Made by a program: the position numbers and the translations under genes. 64,000 nucleotides of DNA from Magnetococcales bacterium. GTDB taxonomy: Bacteria > Pseudomonadota > Magnetococcia > Magnetococcales > JADGCH01. The stretch is taken from contig JADGCH010000008.1 in the NCBI GenBank assembly GCA_015229115.1, positions 11,405 through 75,404 on the forward strand, written 5' to 3'. Below the pieces are notes generated by a model that saw nothing but the letters and a program-made list of their open reading frames with translations, was not told the DNA's origin and ran no database searches. How positions within the stretch are numbered: position 1 is the stretch's first letter; each line of letters begins with the position of its first letter. Below are positions 17,370 to 25,523 of this stretch, one piece after another.

Positions 17370-17990
17370 ATGTTAACCACTTTGACAAGTCATTATACTT
17401 TTAATGGTCAAATTATAGATTTAATCAATAATGATCCCGTTACGGTCTACGGTACCAGTGGTGATCCCAGCAATGCGACATCGACTTTCGGATCCGATGC
17501 AACCGGACCCTACTGGAGCTGGACCAGCACCAATGCCAGGGGAGGTGGCTTCACGATCGAGGCCGATCTGGCCGACAAGGGCAGTTACACCCTGGCGATG
17601 CGGTTCCGTTTCGGTGATATGAGTGGCTACCGCAAAATCATCGACTACCGCAACCGCACCACAGACGATGGGCTGTATATCCTGAATGGTTTCGTCAATT
17701 TTTATCCCCTGAACACGGGCAGTGTCGCCTATGCGGCCAACGATTTGATCGATTTGATAGCGACCAGAGATGCTTCCAGTGACTTGTTGACCATCTATCT
17801 GTCCGATGGCCATGGTGGTTATGTCAAGGCCCTGGAGATTCACGACACGACGGGAATTTCTGAGCCGTCCCTGACCAGCAACGGCTTGGCCCGGTTCGGT
17901 TTCTTTTATGATGATCTGCGCACCGGTGGCGAAGCGACCCAAAGTGGCAAGGTCTATCAGATCAGTCTCTGGGATGGCTCCCTGACAGCT
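17370..17990 (+). other. Concanavalin A-like/LamG-like N-terminal domain (tentative)
   Basis: The ...SYTLAMRFRF.....YRKIIDYRN...DDGLYILNGFVNFYP.......DLIDLIATRD....LTIYL.DG......FGFFYDD....GEATQSGKVYQISLWDGSL pattern is reminiscent of Laminin_G_3 domains. This is motif-level evidence only. Confidence 0.4.
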
Positions 17991-20900
17991 GGAACCATCA
18001 CAGGACCTGCCGTGACCAGCCTGGAACTGGATGCTGACGATGATAGTGGTCCTTCCAACAACGACCGCATCACCCTGCAGACCGAGGAGCTGACCATCAG
18101 GGGCTTTTATGCCACGGTCGGCACCAGCCTGCTGCTGTTTGATGACAGCAATGACAACGGACTGCCCGACAGTAGCGAACGCTTGGCGACTGTTCCGATC
18201 ACCGCTACCAGCTGGGGTCAGGATATCACACTGGCCCCCGGCATCCATGCTGTCAGGACCGTACCCGTCGACAGCAATGGACTGATCGCCGGCCCGGTTT
18301 CGGCAGCCCTGAGTGTGATGGTGGTCGAGTCCGATGATGGCGCCAGCGATTTAGGTATCTCCGGTCGTCTTCTGCCCGGACACTCGGTGACCGGTGTCAT
18401 CGAATCAGCCGGTGACAGCGACTGGTTTGCCATCGATCTGGCCGAAGGGGTAGCCTATGCGTTCGAACTGGAAGGAGTCGGAACATCGCAAGGGACCTTG
18501 GTTGATCCCTACCTGCAAGTCATGGATCAGGACGGTACCGCTACAACCTACAACGCCGACGTCAGCCCAACCAACAACAATGCCAGAGTGGTCTATATTC
18601 CGGCCAGTAGTGGTACCTATTATCTGGCTGCCTCCGGCTGGGGCAACAGCAGAGGAGACAATACCGGCAGTTATCGCCTGTCGGCTACCTCGATCGTACC
18701 AACAGATGATCACCCTGAAGGAACCGAGACGACGGAGAGTGTGTCGATTGGTGGTTCAGTCACCGGCAACATCGATTTTACCACGGATCAGGACTGGTTT
18801 ATTGTCGATCTGATAGCCGGAACCAACTACCGATTTGATCTGGAAGGATCTTCTACAGGACAGAGCTCCCTGTCTGATCCTTATCTGGCCCTGTGGGGCG
18901 GTGACGGTTCCGAGTTGACTTACAGCACTGATATCAATGATCTCGACAAAAATGCCAGCATCTTTTATACGCCCAGCAGCAGTGGTACCTACTATCTGTC
19001 TGCCTGGGGCTTGGACGCCAGTTTTGGTATTTACAATACCGGTCGTTACCGTTTATCGGCTGCAATTGTGCCCGTCGATGATATAGCATCTGACAGCACC
19101 ACCACTGCGACGCTGTCACTGGGAGAAGGCAAAACCGCCAGCATCGATTTTTCAGGCGATCGTGACTGGTGGGCCATCACCCTGACCGCTGGGGTCAGTT
19201 ATCGTTTCAGCCTGGAGGGGGGTCAGGCCTCGCAACAGTCTGCCCTACCGGATCCCTACCTGCAACTGCTTAACAGCGGCAGTACCGTGGTGGCCTACAA
19301 CGCCAACGTGAGCCCTGCTAACAACAACGCGGCCATCATTTATACTCCGGTTACTACGGAAACTTATTACGTTGAAGCGTCCGGATGGCATAGTGCCGTT
19401 GGTGGCTATCGTGTTACGGTCAGCGAGACCACTCCACCTGGCGATGACTACGCTGCCCATGTCACCACCACCGGTCAGCTATCGGTCCATACCCCTGTCA
19501 CCAGCAGCCTTGATTTCCCGGGAGACCAGGACTGGTTCGCCATCAGTCTGGTCGCAGGCACGACCTATCTGTTCGACCTGACCGGCACCATCCTGTCACA
19601 GGATCAGGCCACCCTGTCGGACCCCTACCTGGAACTGATCGACCGCAACGGTGATCTGGTGGCCTTCAACAAGGATATGAACGGCTCCAACAACAGCGCC
19701 AGAATTCTCTATACCGCAGACAGCAGCGATATCTTCTATCTCAATGCGGCCAGTTACGATGGTAGCCACAGCGGTAGCTACCTGTTATCAGCACGGGAGA
19801 TCGTCACAGAAGATGATTACACCTCCAATACCAGTGTCACCAGTTGGCTGTTAATCGACAAGCCGGTCAGCGACAGTCTGGGTACTCCGGAAGAGCGCCG
19901 CTGGTATGCCATCACCCTCCATGCCGGCATTCGCTACACCTTCGATCTGAAGCGCGACGACAGCTTTGAAAACGGCCTGACCGACCCTTATCTGCAACTG
20001 CTGAATGGTAGCGGTCAGCAGGTTGCCTATAACTACGATATCAGCAGCAACAATACCGACGCCAGAATCGTTTATACCGCCACACACGATGGTATCTACT
20101 ATCTGGTGCCGTGGGGTTACGGCGTGAGTACAGGCTACGGTACCGGTGATTACCGTCTGTCAGCTGCGGCTGAAGAAGGCGATACCACAGCTCCTCCCAT
20201 CCCAATCCATCTTCAGCTGGCCGCTATCGACGATACCGGTCGGTCCAACAGTGACCACATCACCCGACAAACCAGTGCACTGACCATCAGCGGCAGCGGC
20301 GGCGAGATAGGTGCCCGGTTGGTAGTGATGGATGACAATCTGCCCCTTACCACCGTTGCCGTTACAGCCACTGACTGGAGCAGTACGATCGCCCTGACAA
20401 CCGGCAGCCATGTCATCCGGGCGCTGCAAATCGATGCCGCAGGTAACAGCAGCACCCCGTCCTTGCCGTTACTGCTCACCATCGATAACGCTCCGCCACT
20501 TGCTCCATCGGCCCTGGACCTTGATCGCGATGATGACACCGGTGTCAACAGCAGCGATAACATCACCAGCCGAACCAATGGCCTGACCATCCGTGGTAGC
20601 GACGCTGAGGCCGGTGCCACACTGATTCTGTTCGATGGCACCACACCCTTGACGACGCTGGCCATCGCCACCAGTTCCTGGAGCACCGATGTCAGCCTGA
20701 AGGCCGGAACCCATACCATCCGAGCCTCACAACAGGATGCTGCTGGCAACGACAGTGTCCTTTCCGCACCGCTGACTATCACTGTTGTGGACAACAGCTC
20801 GGCCCCAGCCGCTCCGACCAGCCTTGATCTGGCTGCCGCCAACGATAGTGGCCGATCCAGCAGCGATAACATCACCCGGCAAAGCAGTGCACTGGTCATC

Positions 20901-23477
20901 AGTGGTAAGAGCGGCAAGCCTGGAGCCACACTGGTACTGTTTGACGATCGCAACGGCGACGGTTTAATCGATGGTGGTGAGGCACTGACCACCACCGGTG
21001 TCACAGCTGCAGACTGGAAAGGGACCATCAGCCTGACCTCTGGCAGTCATGAGCTGCGGGCCATCCAAACCGATGTTGCCGGTTTCAGCAGTGGCGCGTC
21101 TCTACCTCTGTCCATCACCATCGATACTCTGGCAAACCAGCCAGAAGCATTGGATCTGGACAACCGTAACGATTCCGGCCTATCGGACACGGATGGCATC
21201 ACCAACCAGACCAGTGGTCTGATGATCAGCGGTTATGGTGGTGAGACAGGAGCCTCGCTGGTACTGTTCAACGACAAGAACAGCAACGGTAGCGCCGACA
21301 GTGGCGAAGGACTGACCACACTGGCGGTGACGGGTGCAGCCTGGAGCAGCAGCGTCAATCTGGCTGCCGGCAGCTACGCCATCCGGGCCGCGCAGACCGA
21401 TCTGGCCGGCAACATCAGCAGCGCCTCTCCGTCCCTGCCAATCATCGTCGATACCAGCAAACCTGTTGCACCCACCGCGCTTGATCTGGATAGCAACGAC
21501 GATACCGGAGCCCCCAGCGACAACCTGACCAGCCAGATCAACAACCTGACCATCAGCGGCAAGGGAGGAGAAGTTGGTGGCCAGATAGTGCTGCTGGATG
21601 GAGAGATAGCCCTGACGACGGCCGACGTCAGCGCCGTAAACTGGAGCAGCGACATCAGCCTAAGCCCTGGTACACACGCCATTCGGGCGCTGCAGCGCGA
21701 TCGAGCCGGCAACAGCAGCGTGCTGTCAACCCCGCTGCTGGTTACCATCGATAACAGTTCCTCCCTGCCAGCTCCGACCGATCTTGATCTGGACAGCACA
21801 GACGACAGCGGTCGCTTCAACAGCGACAACGTTACCCGCCGTACCAGTAACCTGACCATCAGCGGCAGGGGTGGCAAGGTTACCGGCGCGACGCTGCAAC
21901 TGTTCGATGATCGTAATGGCAACCAGCGTATCGACAGCGGTGAACTGTTGACCACACTTTACACCACCGCCAGTGACTGGATGGCCGACATCAACCTGAC
22001 CATCGGCAGCCATAGCATCAAGGCACTGCAAATCGATGCAGACGACAACGGCAGCGTCGCCTCACAGCCTCTTGCTGTCACGGTTAATCCGCTGTCATCA
22101 CTACAGTTATCCCTCAATGACGGGCCGCTGTTTCTGCCGGATGAATGGGTAGTCGGTAGCGATGGCGACGATACCCTGACCTCCCTGGGCGGCAACGACG
22201 CCATCGCTGTGTCAGACGTTGAAACCCTGATCGGCCGTAGCGGCATTGAGGCCATGACCATTATCCGTGGCCACGGCACCGTAGCGGTAGCCAACATCGA
22301 ATCGCTGATCAACGAGAATGGCGCCGATACCGTCACCCTGCTGTCTGGCAGCCGCGTTGCTGTCAGTCGGGTTCAGTCGGTGGTGGGCAGTGACGACACC
22401 GATACCATCCGGATGCTGGCGGCTGCAGCGTTGTCCCTTACTGCGGTTGAGTCGATTACCGGCAGCTCGGGCAACGACACCGTCACCATCGGTAGCAGCA
22501 GTGATCTGTTCAGCTCCAGGGTTGAAACAATCCTCGGTACCGGTGGCGACGATACCCTGACCCTGATGGCCAAAGGCAACGTGGCCATCAGTCAGATCGA
22601 CTCCGTCATCGGCAGTGCCGCCATGGACACCCTGACACTGCTCACGGCCACATCCCTGGTCACCAGCCAGGTCAATACCGTCATCGGTTCCAGCGGGGCT
22701 GATACCGTCACCATGCTGGACAGCACAGCCTTACTGGTGGTGTCGGTTGACACCCTGATCGGCAGCAGCGGTACGGATCGGGTCGGCTATCTGGGCCAAG
22801 GGGCCATGGCCGTGGCCCGTATCGAAACCATAACCGGCAGCAGTGGCAACGAAACCATCAGCTTGCTGGCATCGGGTAAGTGTGCCGTGGCTGATGTCGA
22901 TACCCTGATTGGCACCACCGGCAACGACACCATCTCCCTGCTCAGTGCTGGATCAATCGCCGTAGCCTCTGTCGAGGTGGTGATTGGATCGCGCAATGGT
23001 ATCGATCGTGTCGAGATGATCAGCAGTGGTGCGTTGAGTGTGTCGCAGGTGGAAACGGTGATCGGATCAAGCGGTGACGACGTCATCACCCTGAAGGGCA
23101 AAACGGGCGTGCTGGTTACCGGTGGCGCCGGTCACGACACCATCACCGGCAGCAGTGGCAAGGACCGCTTTCGCTTTACCGGTCCAGGCACCGATACCCT
23201 CTACAACTTCGAACGCAGTCAGGATAAGCTGCTGTTTGATGGCCTGAAAACCGGTGGCGATTTTGTTTATCTGGCCGGTGCCGTGCTGACAGCGACGGGC
23301 CGGTCGCAGGCTCGTTTTGACAAGGAGACCAAGCAACTGCAAGTGGATAGCCGTGGCAGCGGCACACCCGATCTGGTGATCAACCTGCCCGGTGTTCTCT
23401 CGCTAAGCCAGGATAATTTCATCTGGACCGCACCGACTGGCAGAACGGCCCATAATGGATGGATGGCCGGCACATGA
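17370..23477 (+). CDS. Giant (2035 aa) RTX-type repeat protein with LamG-like head and PPC-domain array
   Basis: 6,108-nt uninterrupted frame. ATG 17370 lies 9 nt after AGGAG and 23 nt after the upstream stop. No signal peptide. The C-terminus is paralogous to that of the 4731-aa ORF. Confidence 0.9.
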   Translation: MLTTLTSHYTFNGQIIDLINNDPVTVYGTSGDPSNATSTFGSDATGPYWSWTSTNARGGGFTIEADLADKGSYTLAMRFRFGDMSGYRKIIDYRNRTTDDGLYILNGFVNFYPLNTGSVAYAANDLIDLIATRDASSDLLTIYLSDGHGGYVKALEIHDTTGISEPSLTSNGLARFGFFYDDLRTGGEATQSGKVYQISLWDGSLTAGTITGPAVTSLELDADDDSGPSNNDRITLQTEELTIRGFYATVGTSLLLFDDSNDNGLPDSSERLATVPITATSWGQDITLAPGIHAVRTVPVDSNGLIAGPVSAALSVMVVESDDGASDLGISGRLLPGHSVTGVIESAGDSDWFAIDLAEGVAYAFELEGVGTSQGTLVDPYLQVMDQDGTATTYNADVSPTNNNARVVYIPASSGTYYLAASGWGNSRGDNTGSYRLSATSIVPTDDHPEGTETTESVSIGGSVTGNIDFTTDQDWFIVDLIAGTNYRFDLEGSSTGQSSLSDPYLALWGGDGSELTYSTDINDLDKNASIFYTPSSSGTYYLSAWGLDASFGIYNTGRYRLSAAIVPVDDIASDSTTTATLSLGEGKTASIDFSGDRDWWAITLTAGVSYRFSLEGGQASQQSALPDPYLQLLNSGSTVVAYNANVSPANNNAAIIYTPVTTETYYVEASGWHSAVGGYRVTVSETTPPGDDYAAHVTTTGQLSVHTPVTSSLDFPGDQDWFAISLVAGTTYLFDLTGTILSQDQATLSDPYLELIDRNGDLVAFNKDMNGSNNSARILYTADSSDIFYLNAASYDGSHSGSYLLSAREIVTEDDYTSNTSVTSWLLIDKPVSDSLGTPEERRWYAITLHAGIRYTFDLKRDDSFENGLTDPYLQLLNGSGQQVAYNYDISSNNTDARIVYTATHDGIYYLVPWGYGVSTGYGTGDYRLSAAAEEGDTTAPPIPIHLQLAAIDDTGRSNSDHITRQTSALTISGSGGEIGARLVVMDDNLPLTTVAVTATDWSSTIALTTGSHVIRALQIDAAGNSSTPSLPLLLTIDNAPPLAPSALDLDRDDDTGVNSSDNITSRTNGLTIRGSDAEAGATLILFDGTTPLTTLAIATSSWSTDVSLKAGTHTIRASQQDAAGNDSVLSAPLTITVVDNSSAPAAPTSLDLAAANDSGRSSSDNITRQSSALVISGKSGKPGATLVLFDDRNGDGLIDGGEALTTTGVTAADWKGTISLTSGSHELRAIQTDVAGFSSGASLPLSITIDTLANQPEALDLDNRNDSGLSDTDGITNQTSGLMISGYGGETGASLVLFNDKNSNGSADSGEGLTTLAVTGAAWSSSVNLAAGSYAIRAAQTDLAGNISSASPSLPIIVDTSKPVAPTALDLDSNDDTGAPSDNLTSQINNLTISGKGGEVGGQIVLLDGEIALTTADVSAVNWSSDISLSPGTHAIRALQRDRAGNSSVLSTPLLVTIDNSSSLPAPTDLDLDSTDDSGRFNSDNVTRRTSNLTISGRGGKVTGATLQLFDDRNGNQRIDSGELLTTLYTTASDWMADINLTIGSHSIKALQIDADDNGSVASQPLAVTVNPLSSLQLSLNDGPLFLPDEWVVGSDGDDTLTSLGGNDAIAVSDVETLIGRSGIEAMTIIRGHGTVAVANIESLINENGADTVTLLSGSRVAVSRVQSVVGSDDTDTIRMLAAAALSLTAVESITGSSGNDTVTIGSSSDLFSSRVETILGTGGDDTLTLMAKGNVAISQIDSVIGSAAMDTLTLLTATSLVTSQVNTVIGSSGADTVTMLDSTALLVVSVDTLIGSSGTDRVGYLGQGAMAVARIETITGSSGNETISLLASGKCAVADVDTLIGTTGNDTISLLSAGSIAVASVEVVIGSRNGIDRVEMISSGALSVSQVETVIGSSGDDVITLKGKTGVLVTGGAGHDTITGSSGKDRFRFTGPGTDTLYNFERSQDKLLFDGLKTGGDFVYLAGAVLTATGRSQARFDKETKQLQVDSRGSGTPDLVINLPGVLSLSQDNFIWTAPTGRTAHNGWMAGT
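18000..18330 (+). other. Adhesin-type Ig-like domain
   Basis: SLELDADDDSGPSNNDRITLQTEELTIRG.......LLLFDD.......W.QDITLAPGIHAVR. Confidence 0.6.
18340..20165 (+). other. Five tandem pre-peptidase C-terminal (PPC)-like domains
   Basis: Five repeats of G..V.G.I.F.GD.DWFAI.L.AG..Y.F.LEG........L.DPYL.L.......V.YN.D.....NNA.I.YT....G.YYL.A........G.YRLSA, each about 120 aa. Confidence 0.7.
20185..22090 (+). other. Six tandem adhesin-type Ig-like domains
   Basis: Same L.L...DD.G.S.SD.IT.Q.S.LTISG.GGE.G consensus as the array in the upstream ORF. Confidence 0.75.
22140..23095 (+). repeat. Array of the 25-residue repeat (about 12-13 units)
   Basis: Units such as DTVTLLSGSRVAVSRVQSVVGSDDT / DTIRMLAAAALSLTAVESITGSSGN. 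Confidence 0.8.
23085..23435 (+). other. Two RTX nonapeptides plus C-terminal (T1SS-substrate-type) module
   Basis: GGAGHDTIT-GSSGKDRFRF, then DTLYNFERSQDKLLFDGLKTGGDFVYLAGAVLT..GRSQARFDKETKQLQVDSRGSGTPDLVINLPGVLSLSQDNFIW. Confidence 0.7.
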
Positions 23478-23499
23478 CTCTGAACTCCCAGAAGGGAGG

Positions 23500-24642
23500 T
23501 CACTCCGGCAGTGCCTGCGACCGGTAAGTAGCCTTACGCTGCATGTCGGTGTCGGAATCCTGGTAGCGATGGGCGATGGAATCAAATTCCTGCTGTAGCA
23601 TCAGAAAAGCGTCAACAATATCAGCATCGAACTGGCTGCCCTTGCCCTTGGCGATGATCTGCACCGCCTGGGCATGCGGCATGCCCAGCTTGTAGGCACG
23701 TCGTGATACCAGAGCATCGTAGACATCGGCCACCGACATCAGTCGCGCTGACAAAGGAATGGCATCACCCGCTATGCCTTCAGGGTAACCGGTCCCGTCT
23801 ATCCTTTCATGATGGTAATAGGCAATTTCCTTGGCCATAGTGAGAAAATCGACGCTGGTGTTGAGCGTTTGCTCAGCGTGCACCATGGCGGCCCGTCCCA
23901 AGGTGGTATGGGTCTTCATGATCTCGAACTCATCCGGCTCGAAACGACCCGGTTTCAGCAGAATACGGTCGGGAATGCCCACCTTGCCAATGTCGTGCAG
24001 AGGCGCCGAACGAAACAGCATATCGATATTATGATCATTGAGAAACTCGGCGAAGCGCGGGTGCGAACGCAGGTGGAGACTCAACACTTTGACGTAGTGT
24101 TGTGTCCGGCGAATGTGATAGCCGGTGTCGGAGTCGCGCGTTTCGGCCAGAGAGGCCATGGCCAGGATGGTGACATCCTGAATATCGACTAATTCGCGCG
24201 TGCGCTGGGCTACTTCCGACTCAAGGGACTCGTTGCGCTCGCGCAAACGGTCGGCACTGATTTTAAGGGCGATCTGGTTGCTGACCCGCGCCACGACCAC
24301 GGCCGGACCGATCGGTTTACTGATGTAATCGGCTGCTCCCAGTTGCAGACCTTGCTGCTCGTCCTCTTCTTCTGACCGAGCGGTGAGAAAGATGACCGGT
24401 ATATCCCTCGTGGCCGGATCGGCCTTCAAGTGGCGACAGACGGCATAGCCATCCATATCCGGCATGACCACATCCAGCAAAATCAGATCGGGCAAAGCCT
24501 CGTGTGCCAACTGCAGGGCATCCAGGCCATTGGTGGCAATGGATAGCTCATAGTCGGGACTGAGAACAACGGCCAGAGCCTCCAGATTGCCTGGCACATC
24601 GTCGACAATCAGAATCCGGTATCTCTTCGTTGTCATAGTCAT
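23500..24642 (-). CDS. Response regulator with HD-GYP domain (c-di-GMP phosphodiesterase, RpfG family)
   Basis: REC domain (RILIVDD ... LILLDVVMPDMDG ... PVIFLTA ... DYISKP) followed by HD-GYP motifs (APLHDIGKVGIPD ... HHERIDGTGYPEG). Its ATG overlaps the upstream stop (ATGA at 24639-24642). Confidence 0.9.
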   Translation of the reverse strand: MTMTTKRYRILIVDDVPGNLEALAVVLSPDYELSIATNGLDALQLAHEALPDLILLDVVMPDMDGYAVCRHLKADPATRDIPVIFLTARSEEEDEQQGLQLGAADYISKPIGPAVVVARVSNQIALKISADRLRERNESLESEVAQRTRELVDIQDVTILAMASLAETRDSDTGYHIRRTQHYVKVLSLHLRSHPRFAEFLNDHNIDMLFRSAPLHDIGKVGIPDRILLKPGRFEPDEFEIMKTHTTLGRAAMVHAEQTLNTSVDFLTMAKEIAYYHHERIDGTGYPEGIAGDAIPLSARLMSVADVYDALVSRRAYKLGMPHAQAVQIIAKGKGSQFDADIVDAFLMLQQEFDSIAHRYQDSDTDMQRKATYRSQALPE

Positions 24643-25523
24643 ACCGTCTCGATGATGGCCAAGACCTCGTTACCCAGCCCACGGTATTCGATTTGGTCGA
24701 AACTGACCATACCGGCCAGAGCAATGCCGCGACCATGACTGTCAAACAGACGCTGCGGGTCAAGTTTCATGAAAGGCTGCCAATCAAAACCCCGGCCCTG
24801 GTCGCGGATGAGGAAGCGAATCTCTGCTGGCGTCCGCTCAAAGTGAATTTCAACCCATTTGTTACGATTCTCCTCCAGCATCAGACGGCGATCGACCTCC
24901 TGCTGCCACTGCCCGAGTTCATTAAGTCGGCTCTTCTCGTCATAGCTGATATCCAGATTGCCATGTTCGATGGCATTGATCATCAGCTCCTGCAGACCGA
25001 ACACGCGCGTCTCGGGGTTGGGACAGGCACTGCTCAACAACACCGCCAGATCGTGGGCCTCCTCCATGGTCTGCAGTTCAAACTGGCCCCGGTTCAACAA
25101 CAACAGTGTGCTGGAAAAACGCCTTACCTCCTGTCTTAGGGCACTGCGCATAGCCCGTTCATTCAGGGCCGTGGTGATGACAGCACGCATGGTGCCGACA
25201 TCGATAGGCTTGGTCAGATAATAATAGGCCCCCAGTTCGATACCCCTGACGACATCCTGGTTACTGTTGTTAGCCGTGACAAAAATGACCGGAATATCGC
25301 GGGTGGCGGTATTGGCCTTCAGCTGGGCACACACCTCGAAGCCATCAATGCCCGGCATCACCACATCCAGCAGGATAAGATCCGGAGCCTTGTGAGCAAC
25401 ACTCCGCAGAGCATCCAGACCATTGGTGGCAATGGTCAGATCATAGTCAGTACTCAGTGCCGTTACCAATATCTCAATATTGGCAGGAATATCCTCAACG
25501 ATCAGGATGTTATGCTTCTCCAT
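24639..25523 (-). CDS. Response regulator receiver fused to an RsbW-like HATPase_c_2 (Ser-kinase/anti-sigma type) domain
   Basis: REC domain (ILIVEDIPAN ... LILLDVVMPGIDG ... PVIFVTA ... YYLTKP). The C-terminal part has an N-box ELMINAIEHGN, G1 IRDQGRGFDW and G2 HGRGIALA. The start overlaps the end of the hybrid kinase by 14 nt. Confidence 0.7.
   Translation of the reverse strand: MEKHNILIVEDIPANIEILVTALSTDYDLTIATNGLDALRSVAHKAPDLILLDVVMPGIDGFEVCAQLKANTATRDIPVIFVTANNSNQDVVRGIELGAYYYLTKPIDVGTMRAVITTALNERAMRSALRQEVRRFSSTLLLLNRGQFELQTMEEAHDLAVLLSSACPNPETRVFGLQELMINAIEHGNLDISYDEKSRLNELGQWQQEVDRRLMLEENRNKWVEIHFERTPAEIRFLIRDQGRGFDWQPFMKLDPQRLFDSHGRGIALAGMVSFDQIEYRGLGNEVLAIIETV

Noticed and set aside
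3165-23367. Dozens of 60-275-aa ORFs on the minus strand and in off-frames of the plus strand inside the giant genes (e.g. 6657-7436, 10905-11528, 14802-15626, 17421-18248, 20213-21028).
   Set aside because: They are mirror images of the sense repeats; for example, LLVSRVTVSV is the reverse-complement reading of DTVTLLTS. They are low-complexity, lack RBS-linked starts, and are embedded in sense frames open for 14.2 kb and 6.1 kb. They are compositional artefacts of stop-poor repeat DNA.
23485-23498. Hairpin CTCCC-agaa-GGGAG in the 22-nt gap between the convergent giant ORF2 and the HD-GYP gene, as a bidirectional terminator.
   Set aside because: The stem is only 5 bp with no flanking U/A tracts, which is too weak to annotate. 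It is mentioned only because it is the sole structure in the gap.
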